In this document: positions 39,829 to 49,048 of the stretch, piece after piece
How positions within the stretch are numbered: position 1 is the stretch's first letter
Layout: every line of letters starts with the position of its first letter
IMG/VR virus record: IMGVR_UViG_3300028800_000079
Direction: 5' to 3' (one strand)
DNA length: 64,000 nt
Source: an uncultured virus (IMG/VR IMGVR_UViG_3300028800_000079)
Lineage: Duplodnaviria > Heunggongvirae > Uroviricota > Caudoviricetes
Translations under genes and position numbers: made by a program
Notes under the pieces: model-generated
What the model saw: only the letters and a program-made list of their open reading frames with translations
Told to the model about the DNA's origin: nothing
The model's database searches: none

Positions 39829-41565
39829 GTGGCCCGTCTGATCCAGAACGGGGCGGAACTCGGTTCGGCCACGGCAGGGGTCGAGTGTGATGCTGTGTCG
39901 GGGACCGTGACGGCGCAAACTGTGGTTGTGCGCAGCGGCACCTACGCGTACAAGTTCGCTCCCTCAGCGAGCCTTGCGTGGGGCGAAAACTATTTCGCGG
40001 CCGCGGACGGGACAGGCCCGTTCTATGCGCGCGGCTACTTCTGCTTCACGACGTTCCCTGCCGCGAATGAGCCTCTCCTCTTTTTCCTGGACAGCACGGA
40101 CACGAACCGTCCACGCATCACCTTCGAGTCGTCTACCAACCAGTTTTTCCTGCAACAGTCGGGAGGCACGAAACTCGGCTCGAACAGTGCGACGCTGACA
40201 CTCAACCACTGGTACCGGCTCGAACTCAAACTGGATGCAACGACGAACCCGGCAACTATCGAAGCCCGCTACGTCGATTGCGGCACGAGCGGGACGGACC
40301 CTGGCGGGGCAGGCACCGTGATCGCGTCCGGGAACGACAACGCTGGCGTCCACACCGCGTCGCGGCTGCGTTTCGGCCTCACGACCAACAACAACTCCGG
40401 GGTCCTCTACGCAGACGATCTGGCCGTCAACAGCTCGTCCGGGTCGGCGCAAAACTCGTGGTGCGGGTCGGGCCGGATCATCCATCTACATCCGGCCGCG
40501 CAGGGCGACGCGAACGGGTTCCTCGTCAACATTGGCGGGACAGCAGGGGCCGCGAACAACTACACCAGGGTGAACGAGATACCGCCTGACGACGCGACCT
40601 CCTACAACGCGTCCGCTGTCTTGAACGCGGAGGACTTGTTCCGCTGCGGCGCGTCCGGGATCGGGACCGGCGACACCGTCAACGTCGTCTGTGTGGGGGT
40701 GCGGTTCGCGAACCTTGTAGGAGCGGACGCGACAGCTGCGTTCAAGACCGAGATCGAGAAGGCCGCTTCAGGGACGAAGACGCAGTCCGCCGCGATCATC
40801 CCGAACTCGACCTCGTGGCGGTCGAACAGTGCGACGGGGGCGAGCCTCTACAACCTCGTCACCTATCTCGACCCGGACGGGTCGGCGTGGACGCAAGCCA
40901 CTCTGAATACCGCGCAGATCGGGTATATCGAGACGGTCGCGAACGTGCGCGCGATCGCGGTCACAAACTCGTGGCTCTCGATCGATTACACGCCGACCGA
41001 CGTGTTCGTGGTCGCGCTCGCCGGGGCTGGATCGTTGACGGCGACCGTGACGCCCTATCAGCGGATCACCGCCTCCTTGACTGGGGTGGGGTCGCTGTCT
41101 GCGACCCTAACTCCATACCAGCGGCTCACTGTCGCGCTCGCCGGTACGGGGAGCCTGTCCGCGACCCTGAGCCCCTACCAGCGATTTACGGCAGCCCTCA
41201 CGGGGGCCGGGTCGCTGACCGCCACACTGACCCCGTACCAGCAGATGCAGGTGCAGTTGCAGGGCGCGGGAGCGCTCGCCGCCACGTTGACCCCGTACCA
41301 GCAGATCGTCGCGTCACTCGGCGGCGTCGGCGCACTCACCGCAACTCTCACCCCCTACCAGCAACTGCTCGCGCAACTTGCCGGAGCCGGGATGCTCGCC
41401 GCGTTCGTGCAAACGATCTCGCCTCCGCAACCTGTGACGTTCACGGGAGTTGGTGGGAGTGGCTTCCCTCCGGAAATGCTGCAACGCTTCCTCGACAACC
41501 CGCAGACGCAGCCCGACTGGGATCTCGCAGACATCGAAGCGTTGATCGCGCTCGGCCTTCTCTAA
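39829..41565 (+). CDS. Putative virion fibre or spike protein with 20-aa tandem repeats
   Basis: Lectin-like N-terminus (LNHWYRLELK); repeats LxGxGSLxATLTPYQ. Confidence 0.6.
   Translation: MARLIQNGAELGSATAGVECDAVSGTVTAQTVVVRSGTYAYKFAPSASLAWGENYFAAADGTGPFYARGYFCFTTFPAANEPLLFFLDSTDTNRPRITFESSTNQFFLQQSGGTKLGSNSATLTLNHWYRLELKLDATTNPATIEARYVDCGTSGTDPGGAGTVIASGNDNAGVHTASRLRFGLTTNNNSGVLYADDLAVNSSSGSAQNSWCGSGRIIHLHPAAQGDANGFLVNIGGTAGAANNYTRVNEIPPDDATSYNASAVLNAEDLFRCGASGIGTGDTVNVVCVGVRFANLVGADATAAFKTEIEKAASGTKTQSAAIIPNSTSWRSNSATGASLYNLVTYLDPDGSAWTQATLNTAQIGYIETVANVRAIAVTNSWLSIDYTPTDVFVVALAGAGSLTATVTPYQRITASLTGVGSLSATLTPYQRLTVALAGTGSLSATLSPYQRFTAALTGAGSLTATLTPYQQMQVQLQGAGALAATLTPYQQIVASLGGVGALTATLTPYQQLLAQLAGAGMLAAFVQTISPPQPVTFTGVGGSGFPPEMLQRFLDNPQTQPDWDLADIEALIALGLL
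41008..41410 (+). repeat. About 6.5 copies of a 60-bp coding tandem repeat
   Basis: Unit LAGAGSLTATVTPYQRITAS with synonymous divergence between copies. Confidence 0.85.
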
Positions 41566-41583
41566 CCAGACAGGAGTATCGAA

Positions 41584-42579
41584 ATGAACGTCGACATCGT
41601 CACCGACTACGCCGCCGTCCCGGACGGATCGACCGACAACACGGATGCGCTCAACCAGGCGCTCGTGGACGTGTACGCGGCTGGTGGCGGCGTGATTCGT
41701 GTGCCGCTCCCCGAGCACGACACGGGGCCGCTGTGGACGTTCCGCTGCGACGGCCAGTTGATCGTCCCGGACGACGGCGACCCGTCGCATCCGCGCACGC
41801 GGCCGATCTCGATCAAGTGCGACGTGCCGCAGTTGACCGCTTGGCCCGCGATGGTGACTCCGGAGCCCGATCCGTCGGGGGGCGCGATCCTGGACCTCCG
41901 CTACCAGGGCGCCGCCAAGATCGTGTCGCACGGGATCGGGTGCCTCACCCTCGAAAACCTCGTTCTCGCCCAGTACGGCGATGCGGCCGACACGACGCCG
42001 TTCTTCCTCGGGACGGGGACGACCTCCCGCATCAAGGACACCCGCTTCATCGGGCATCCTGCCAACGTCGGGATGACGTGCGTCCAAGACGCCGTCCAGT
42101 TCGGCGGCACCGAAGACATCGAAGACGACACCGACCTCTCGAAGTTCCAGGGGTACGGCACGATCCTGGAGGGGTGCCAGTTCACGCGGATACGTCGCGC
42201 CGTGTGGTGCAAGGTGGCCGCCAACGGCGTCGTGATCCGCGCCAACCGGATCGCCGCCGACTGCGGCGGCATCACGGCAATCCACGTCTCGGGCAGCGTC
42301 ACGAAACTCGCCTACGCCGTCAAGACGGCCGACAACATCATCGAGATGCGCGGCTACCAGTACGGGATCACCTGGACGAACGCCGCCGAGTGCGCCAGCG
42401 ACAGCGACAAGTTCTTCGACGCCGTCAAGAACAACCCGACACTCGCCTACTACCGCAACAGCGGCCAGGTCGGCGGGATCGCGTCCAACGCCTATTTCAG
42501 CGACGACACCATCCCTGCCCTCTTCCTCCTAAACGGGTCGCGGATGAAGGTCGGCGCGAACGGCGCACTCCCGTCGTGA
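41584..42579 (+). CDS. Pectate-lyase-like beta-helix protein (possible depolymerase)
   Basis: DYAAVPDGSTDNTDALNQAL...GGGVIRVP N-terminus typical of Pectate_lyase_3/GH28-related proteins. Confidence 0.6.
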   Translation: MNVDIVTDYAAVPDGSTDNTDALNQALVDVYAAGGGVIRVPLPEHDTGPLWTFRCDGQLIVPDDGDPSHPRTRPISIKCDVPQLTAWPAMVTPEPDPSGGAILDLRYQGAAKIVSHGIGCLTLENLVLAQYGDAADTTPFFLGTGTTSRIKDTRFIGHPANVGMTCVQDAVQFGGTEDIEDDTDLSKFQGYGTILEGCQFTRIRRAVWCKVAANGVVIRANRIAADCGGITAIHVSGSVTKLAYAVKTADNIIEMRGYQYGITWTNAAECASDSDKFFDAVKNNPTLAYYRNSGQVGGIASNAYFSDDTIPALFLLNGSRMKVGANGALPS

Positions 42580-43274
42580 CGCCGAGCGTGAACGTCTCCG
42601 TCATGGTGCAGGCCCATCCGCGCCGCTCGGAGATGGCGCACGCGCTCGCGGCGGAGGTGGATGGGACGGTGGTGTTCGACCCTGAACCGGACGGGGCACG
42701 CGCGAGCCCGTGGCGCTGCTACCGGCACTGTCTCGCTTCGACGCCGGGGTTCGAGTCGGGGTTCGCCGCAGCCGGAAGCGCCTCCCACGTCTTGGTCTTG
42801 CAGGACGACGCGGCCGTCTGCCACGGCTTCATCGACGTGTTCCATGCCGCCGTCCGAGCGCGCTCGGACCGGGTGCTCGTGTTCTTCGTGTCCGGGATGC
42901 CCGTCGAGCACTCCCGCGCCGTCCTCGAAGCCTGCGCCCGTGACGAGCCGTGGGCCGTCATCGACACCGCCCGCTGGTGCAGCGCGGTCGCGACGTGCTG
43001 GCCCGTCCGCCACGTCCACCCGATGCTCCGGTTCGTGGACGCGCAACGCTGGCCCGAAACGTTCACCGCCGACGACGAGATCATCGGCCGCTACCTCCGC
43101 CACGCGGGCGAACGGCCGCTCGCGTCCGTGCCGTCGCTCGTCCAGCATCCCGACATGGTTCCGAGCTTGGTGGGGCGGAAGGACAGGCAAGGCCAGGATC
43201 CGGGGAGGGTCGCGGCGTGCTTCGCAGACCCCGGCTGCGACCTTAGCCTGATCGACTGGACGCGCGGACCCTGA
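42576..43274 (+). CDS. Glycosyltransferase-like protein
   Basis: MVQAHPRR, HVLVLQDDA, ADD and PSLVQH..PSLVG. Confidence 0.65.
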   Translation: MTPSVNVSVMVQAHPRRSEMAHALAAEVDGTVVFDPEPDGARASPWRCYRHCLASTPGFESGFAAAGSASHVLVLQDDAAVCHGFIDVFHAAVRARSDRVLVFFVSGMPVEHSRAVLEACARDEPWAVIDTARWCSAVATCWPVRHVHPMLRFVDAQRWPETFTADDEIIGRYLRHAGERPLASVPSLVQHPDMVPSLVGRKDRQGQDPGRVAACFADPGCDLSLIDWTRGP

Positions 43275-43281
43275 AACGACG

Positions 43282-43303
43282 GACGGCCCCGGAAGGGGCC
43301 GTC
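43282..43303. terminator. GC hairpin between convergent genes
   Basis: GACGGCCCC-GGAA-GGGGCCGTC. Confidence 0.65.
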
Positions 43304-43335
43304 AGCCGGTCGCCTGCAAGGTGACGGCGCGCAGG

Positions 43336-43794
43336 CTACTTGGTGGAGCAGGCGGGCGCGAGTAGCGCCACATCAGCGGGCGTCAGGATCTTCACGCCAT
43401 TCCCGTCCTTCGCTGGGAGCGTGACATGCCATTTGCCGTTGATCTTTGTGACGACGAACGGAACACGGCATGATCCCGCGTACAGGTCTACCGAGGTTGA
43501 GTAGAAGATCGGGGAGTGGCCTCCGACGTACACGTCGCTGCTTCTGAGCGTGAAGCCTTCCCGCGTCACGTCCCGGTAGATCGCGGCGTGCTTGTGCGCG
43601 AACGTGGCGTTGACGCCATGCCAGCCGCTAGCGACGCCGAAGCCGCCGTCGCTAGCGACGCCGAAGCCGCCGAGGATGCCCGTGACGACTGCGACGCCGA
43701 TCAGGGCTACAGCCTCATTCGCTAGCGCCGCGATGAAAACGATGATGGCGGCGATGCAGAGAACGATTCCGCCCGCAAGATAGAAGGCGGTCAT
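43336..43794 (-). CDS. Membrane protein
   Basis: Two N-terminal TM segments; TGATG-coupled to the upstream gene. Confidence 0.6.
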   Translation of the reverse strand: MTAFYLAGGIVLCIAAIIVFIAALANEAVALIGVAVVTGILGGFGVASDGGFGVASGWHGVNATFAHKHAAIYRDVTREGFTLRSSDVYVGGHSPIFYSTSVDLYAGSCRVPFVVTKINGKWHVTLPAKDGNGVKILTPADVALLAPACSTK

Positions 43795-44192
43795 CAGTCC
43801 ACCAGCTCGATCATCGGGCACACCTTGTCTTTGCTCGCCTTGACCGCCGCAACTACGAGCGACGGATGCTTCTCCTTCGCCACCTTCGTCTTCCGCTTGT
43901 GATGCGGTAGCGAGATCCTCGACACGTCCACCGCTGCGGCTGCGAACACTCCGATCCGCCAGAGAAGGTAGAACGGTGCCGCAACAACCGCAGCGACCGC
44001 AAGGACGATCCCGACTGTGGCCGCTCCGACGAGGCCGAGGAAGATCGTCCAGAAGTACGGGCACAGGCTGCGGGGCGTCGGGTAGTCGGTTCGATGAACC
44101 CGCGAGAATGGGTTGAGATACCTTGGCCCTTCGGGGATGTTGCGGATGAAGCGGTAGAGCCGGTAGTGCCAGGATCGTTTGCTGATCCTCAT
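43794..44192 (-). CDS. Membrane protein
   Basis: AAGGAG RBS; SWHYRLY, SLCPYFW, TM segment and KVCPMIE. Confidence 0.65.
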   Translation of the reverse strand: MRISKRSWHYRLYRFIRNIPEGPRYLNPFSRVHRTDYPTPRSLCPYFWTIFLGLVGAATVGIVLAVAAVVAAPFYLLWRIGVFAAAAVDVSRISLPHHKRKTKVAKEKHPSLVVAAVKASKDKVCPMIELVD

Positions 44193-44298
44193 GCGTGCTC
44201 CTTTGGTTGCAGGCGACTACGTCCTACACTCTACCTGTTCGCATAGCCGGATGCTAGGTCTATCACGCCAGCGTGAATCGGTGTCCGATGTTTCGCGG

Positions 44299-44324
44299 CT
44301 CGCGCCCTCCCTCTACGGTTAGAT
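44299..44324 (+). promoter_or_regulatory. Putative late promoter
   Basis: CTCGCGCCC-N9-GGTTAGAT upstream of the major capsid gene. Confidence 0.6.
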
Positions 44325-44421
44325 ACGGGGTACGCGGTTCCCGTCGTAGCCGGGGCCGCACAGCTCGGAGTCGAAGCCTCCAGCGCAAATGTGATTTTTC
44401 AACCTTGCGTTTGGAGGCATC

Positions 44422-46257
44422 ATGGACGAACCCCTGTACCCCGAGATCCCAGAGGATCTCAGTGCTCTCTCGGAGGACGAACTCGCGTCGCTCCGTGATG
44501 AGCTTGCAGCGTCGATCAAGGAAGTGACGGAGGCCCCGTCCGAGTTCGTCACCACGACGGCGGAGGATCTGGTCGCTGCGACGCGTGCCGCGGTCGAGTC
44601 GTTGGCCGCTGTGCGGGCCGAGCTTGCCGCCCGCGAGACTCCCGAGGAGGAGGAAGAGGGCGACGCTGGCGAGGCGGGCGACGGCGACGACGGCGAGGCT
44701 GCCGCTGAGGCGGAGGCCGTGTCGGAGGAGGCCGCTGCGGAACTCGCGGAGCTGGGCGAGCTTGCGGCGCAGCCCGAGGACGACGAGGAGACGGAAGGCG
44801 AGACGGACGGTGTCCCTGGCGGCAAGGTGATGCCGAACGTGAAGGGCAAGGTTGCCGCGAAGAAGGCGAAGAGTGAGATCGTGGCGGCAGGGTTCCGGAA
44901 CGCGCTTCCCGCGCTGCCGAAGCCGCAGGGTGACCGTGCCCCGCGCGAGTCGCGTCCGGCGGTCCCGACGGTGTCGCTCGTGGCGGGTGCCGGTGCGACC
45001 GACATGCCGCTCGGCTACGAGTTCGGCAGCATGACCGAGGTCGCGAACGCGATGATCAAGCGCCGCTACGGCGGCAACGTCCGGGACGGCGTGGTCGAGA
45101 AGGAAGTGATCGCGCGCGCGGACTGGCGTGACGCCTACCCCGCCGATCGGCGTCTCACGATGGAGACCCTCACCGACGGCGCGCTCGTGGCCGCGGCGAC
45201 CGACCCGAAGGACGTGCGGGCACGGTTCAACCAGCGCAAGCAGGCCCAGATCGAGAACCCGCGCGACATGAGCCTGGTCGCGTCCGGTGGGCTGTGCAAC
45301 CCGGTCACGCCGTACTACCAGCTCCAGATTATCTCCACCCCGATGCGGCCCGTCCAGGCTGCGCTTCCGGCGTTCAACGCCGACCGGGGCGGCATCCGGT
45401 ACATGCCTCCGGCGGGCCTGTCGGCGGTCACGACCGCTGTCGGGATCATCACCGAGGCGGAGGACGCTGCGGGCGGATCGTCCGCAACGAAGACGTGCCA
45501 GACGGTGACGTGCAACGACCTGACCGAAGTGGACGTGGACATCATCTACCACTGCCTCACGTTCGGGAACCTTCAGGCGCGCGCGTTCCCGGAGCAGGTG
45601 ACGCAGTTCAGCGAGACGACGCTCGCGGCCTGGTCGCGGACGGCGGAAGCGAACCTGCTCACCGGGATCGGCACCTCGTCCACCGCGATCACGGCCGGTT
45701 CGCTCGGTTTGGGCGCGTCCGCGTCGCTGTTCAGCCAGATCCTGGCGGCAGCGAACGGGCTTCGCTCCCGCAATCGCATGGATCCGTCCGCGATCCTGCG
45801 GCTGATGATGCCGTTCTGGGCGATCGACCTGATCATCAGCGACGTGATCCGGACGCAGTTCCAGCGCTTCGACACCGACGAGGCGAAGATCGTCGCGATG
45901 TTCCGCGAGTGGGACATCGAGCCGAGCTTCTACCTCGACGGCGCAACCGCGGCCGGGCAGGTGTTCGGCACCCAGTCCGCTGGGGCGCTGCTCCCGTTCC
46001 CGCCCACCGTCGTGTCGTACCTGTTCCCGGAGGGCTCGTTCCTCTACCTCGACGGCGGCGTCCTCGAACTCGGCATCGTGCGCGACTCGGTTCTCAATAC
46101 CACGAACGTATTTCAGTTGTTTGGTGAAGGTTTCGAGGCACCCGCCTTTGTAGGCATCGAATCCCTCGCCCTTACTTCTAGCGTGTGCGATAACGGTAAG
46201 GTTTCGGCTCCCTATGCAACCGATGCCTGCCCCTACTCGTACACAGCGTCAAGTTGA
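44422..46257 (+). CDS. Major capsid protein with an N-terminal scaffold-like region
   Basis: Acidic helical N-terminus; LVASGGLC.P, RGGIRY and LELGIVRDSVLNTTN.FQLF.E resemble actinophage capsid proteins. Confidence 0.85.
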   Translation: MDEPLYPEIPEDLSALSEDELASLRDELAASIKEVTEAPSEFVTTTAEDLVAATRAAVESLAAVRAELAARETPEEEEEGDAGEAGDGDDGEAAAEAEAVSEEAAAELAELGELAAQPEDDEETEGETDGVPGGKVMPNVKGKVAAKKAKSEIVAAGFRNALPALPKPQGDRAPRESRPAVPTVSLVAGAGATDMPLGYEFGSMTEVANAMIKRRYGGNVRDGVVEKEVIARADWRDAYPADRRLTMETLTDGALVAAATDPKDVRARFNQRKQAQIENPRDMSLVASGGLCNPVTPYYQLQIISTPMRPVQAALPAFNADRGGIRYMPPAGLSAVTTAVGIITEAEDAAGGSSATKTCQTVTCNDLTEVDVDIIYHCLTFGNLQARAFPEQVTQFSETTLAAWSRTAEANLLTGIGTSSTAITAGSLGLGASASLFSQILAAANGLRSRNRMDPSAILRLMMPFWAIDLIISDVIRTQFQRFDTDEAKIVAMFREWDIEPSFYLDGATAAGQVFGTQSAGALLPFPPTVVSYLFPEGSFLYLDGGVLELGIVRDSVLNTTNVFQLFGEGFEAPAFVGIESLALTSSVCDNGKVSAPYATDACPYSYTASS

Positions 46258-46258
46258 G

Positions 46259-46855
46259 CTAGCTATACCGACTGTTAGGACTACGGATCAAGGCAACGTG
46301 AGACTTGGAGACACCAAAACGGCGGGCGATCTGGCGGGTACTGCCGGTCGCTCGCCGTATCTCCTCTCTCGTTTCCATGCTGATCTTCATGTGGATACGC
46401 CGATGCACGAGTTGCGTTACTGCCTCCAGATGGTCGGGGTTGCAGCACGCCTTCTGCTCGCAAAGGTGATGCACATGGAGGCCGTCCGGTACCGAGCCGT
46501 TCGCACGCTCGAAGAAGAGAACGTGAGTGTAAGCCTGCTGTCTCTCGCCTTCGATACTGATGCGGCCGTAGCCCGCATGGTCAACGACTCCCACCCAGAT
46601 CCAGCAAGGAGTCTCGTAGCCCGTGTCGTGAACTTCGTAGCGGGGCGTGTGCTTTCGCGCGTGATGCTGTTTGATGAATCGTGTGGGCTGGCCCGCGTAA
46701 AGGCCATTAGCCTTCTGGGTCTTCTGCGCGATAGGAGCGTCACCTTCGCATCCGCATTGGCACTTACCGCTTGGATTGGGCGCTTCCGGGTCGATCCATT
46801 CGGGCCAGTCGCCAGGGCGCTGATGGAAACGCTGGATTCTTGTAGAGTCACCCAT
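46259..46855 (-). CDS. HNH homing endonuclease with C-terminal HTH
   Basis: CQCGC, CWIW, HVHHLCEQKACCNPDHLE and IARRFGVS; AGGAGG RBS before the ATG at 46855. Confidence 0.85.
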   Translation of the reverse strand: MGDSTRIQRFHQRPGDWPEWIDPEAPNPSGKCQCGCEGDAPIAQKTQKANGLYAGQPTRFIKQHHARKHTPRYEVHDTGYETPCWIWVGVVDHAGYGRISIEGERQQAYTHVLFFERANGSVPDGLHVHHLCEQKACCNPDHLEAVTQLVHRRIHMKISMETREEIRRATGSTRQIARRFGVSKSHVALIRSPNSRYS

Positions 46856-46992
46856 GGGGCTACCTCCTGTCGTGGGTCGGTGGCCCCTCGGGGCCGTAGC
46901 GTTCACGCGCTATGGCCCCATTCTTGCTATTCATGCTGGGCGGTAGCCTGGTTCGGGACTGCCGCCCACCCCTCCACTAGCGGGGTGATCGC

Positions 46993-47940
46993 GTGAGCGT
47001 CGGGACGGTTGGGCCTCTCTGGCGGATCGACGGGCCACAGCCTGTCGCCCAGCAGTACGGGCTGTTGCAGGCTGCCGCGTCCGCCGTTCCCGGTGTGACG
47101 CTCGTCTCGCCGGACGTTGACCAGGACGGGATCGACCGCTGGATCAATGGCGTGTCGCTTTACCCGTTCCCGCCCGACCTGGGCGACGTGTTCGACCTGT
47201 GCGCGCCAGGCAGCGTCGCCGCAAGCAAGGGGTTCGGCGACGATCTCGGCAACCCGGAGTTCGGCGCGATGACGGTGTGGCTCGCGGAAACCTGCACGTC
47301 GGCCCGTGTCGCATGGTCTGGTGAGGGCGGCCAGGAAGCGTACAAAGCTAGGGCGGTCACGTCGTTCGCGGCTATCGAGGGGGCCGCGGTCGCGTACGAG
47401 TTCATGACCGGGGCACGGATGCCCGCCAACCCGCACCTCTCCGACGGGACCGGCGACTTCCCGCTCGGTGCAACCGCAACGAGCGTCACGAACGGGTTCG
47501 CGGTCCTGGAGAACTACATCGGCACGAAGTCGGGGAAGCTCGGGATCATCCACTGCACCCCTGGTGCGGCGTTGACGATGGGCCAGTTCCGGATCGACAA
47601 CAAGGCTGGATACATTCGCACCCTGAACGGCAACATCGTCATCCCCGACGCGGGGTACGCGCTCGCGAACTCGCAGGCCAGCTACCCGCACACCTATCCG
47701 GCTCCTGGCGCGAACGAGGAATGGATTTACGCGACGGGGCCGATCAACATTCGCCGCTCCGAAATCTTCGTGGAGCCGCCCACCGTCGCGGAGGCGCTAG
47801 ATCGTGGCTTGGGCGCAACCAACAACAAGCCGAACTCGATCAGCTACCGCGCCGAGCGGTACTACGTCGTCTCGGCCGACTTCGTCGTTCACGCGGCCGT
47901 GCTGGTGGACCGCTGCATGGTGACGTGTGACGGGTCGTGA
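46993..47940 (+). CDS. Putative head protein following the capsid gene
   Basis: Position and codon bias; GIIH, G.GY, W.YATG and AER motifs. Confidence 0.6.
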   Translation: MSVGTVGPLWRIDGPQPVAQQYGLLQAAASAVPGVTLVSPDVDQDGIDRWINGVSLYPFPPDLGDVFDLCAPGSVAASKGFGDDLGNPEFGAMTVWLAETCTSARVAWSGEGGQEAYKARAVTSFAAIEGAAVAYEFMTGARMPANPHLSDGTGDFPLGATATSVTNGFAVLENYIGTKSGKLGIIHCTPGAALTMGQFRIDNKAGYIRTLNGNIVIPDAGYALANSQASYPHTYPAPGANEEWIYATGPINIRRSEIFVEPPTVAEALDRGLGATNNKPNSISYRAERYYVVSADFVVHAAVLVDRCMVTCDGS

Positions 47941-47941
47941 G

Positions 47942-49021
47942 CTAGTGAACGTCTTTCCAGATCCGGCCCGTGCGGACCGCGTAGATGGTGTCTGGACTGA
48001 CGCCGAACCTCTCAGCGAGGATGGCGTTCCGTTCGCTGCTCGCGCGGATAGACCGCACCTTGCTCTCGTCCAGCTTCGTCGCTGCGCTCTGCCGGTTGTT
48101 CTCCGTGTGCGTCACGGGTTCGAGGTGATCCGGGTTGATGCAGTTCCGGATGTGGCAGCGGTGGTGCAGATGAAGGCCACTCGGGATCGGCCCTTTAGAG
48201 CGCATGTACATGAGCCGGTGAGCGCCAATACGAGTGCCGTGCCATCTCGCTTCCTCGTCGTACTCATGCCACGGCACGACGACGTAGCCGTTCTGCTCGG
48301 GCTTCTTCGCCGCAATCCAGCACGGCGTCTCATGGCCGCGATCCTCGACCACATACTCGACAGAAGTGCCGCGAGTGGGGGGAGTCGGTTGGGCGGCAAA
48401 CTTCGCCCAGAGGGTCAGGGGCTTCACGGGGATCGGTTCAACACCATCCTCGAACCAGTGAACGCCTTGTCGGATGAACGTGATCTCTGCGGAGCTGACG
48501 CCGTAGCGTCGAGCGAGCGAAGCGCCACTCTCTCCTTCTCTGAGCGCTGCACGGATCTCGCGCGCCTTCTCCAGCGACAACTTCTTCGCGTGGCGACGCC
48601 TGTGCTCCTGAAAGGTCGGCACGAGTTCGAGATGGTCAGGGTTCACGCACGAGGTCTGCTCGCACAGATGATGGATCTGGCCTCCCTCAGGGATCGAGCA
48701 TCCGTGGCGCTTCTCCCATTGGGTGCGATGCTCCTTCACGGATCCACCGTCCTTCTTACGCTTGCCTTCCGCGTAGCCTCGGCTGTCCTTAGCGCCGTTC
48801 CAGATCCAGCACGGAGACGTGAAGCCGCGATCCTCAACCGTCCAGCCGTGCGGATGCCGTCGAGAGTGATGGCCGCGACGGAACCTGCTAGGCAGCCCGG
48901 TCTTCGCAGAGATGTTCGTGTGTTCACCGCAGCGGCACTCGCAAAAGCCGTAAGGGACAGGCTCGTCCATCTCCACCATTGTTACATAAATCCCGGCCAG
49001 TTGGGGATCCATCCGTACCAA
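47942..49021 (-). CDS. HNH homing endonuclease with two tandem HNH+HTH modules
   Basis: Two copies of DRG..PCWI...HH.C....C.NPDHLE and A.R(Y/F)GVS. Confidence 0.85.
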   Translation of the reverse strand: MVRMDPQLAGIYVTMVEMDEPVPYGFCECRCGEHTNISAKTGLPSRFRRGHHSRRHPHGWTVEDRGFTSPCWIWNGAKDSRGYAEGKRKKDGGSVKEHRTQWEKRHGCSIPEGGQIHHLCEQTSCVNPDHLELVPTFQEHRRRHAKKLSLEKAREIRAALREGESGASLARRYGVSSAEITFIRQGVHWFEDGVEPIPVKPLTLWAKFAAQPTPPTRGTSVEYVVEDRGHETPCWIAAKKPEQNGYVVVPWHEYDEEARWHGTRIGAHRLMYMRSKGPIPSGLHLHHRCHIRNCINPDHLEPVTHTENNRQSAATKLDESKVRSIRASSERNAILAERFGVSPDTIYAVRTGRIWKDVH

Positions 49022-49048
49022 ACAGCCCTGGAAAGGGGGTAAATCGTC

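Noticed and set aside
40815..42575. N-terminal 587 aa of the 819-aa ORF
   Set aside because: Off-frame overlap with two better genes; the real gene probably starts at GTG 42576.
43626..43673. 24-bp tandem duplication (GGFGVAS twice)
   Set aside because: Simple in-frame coding duplication with no further significance evident.
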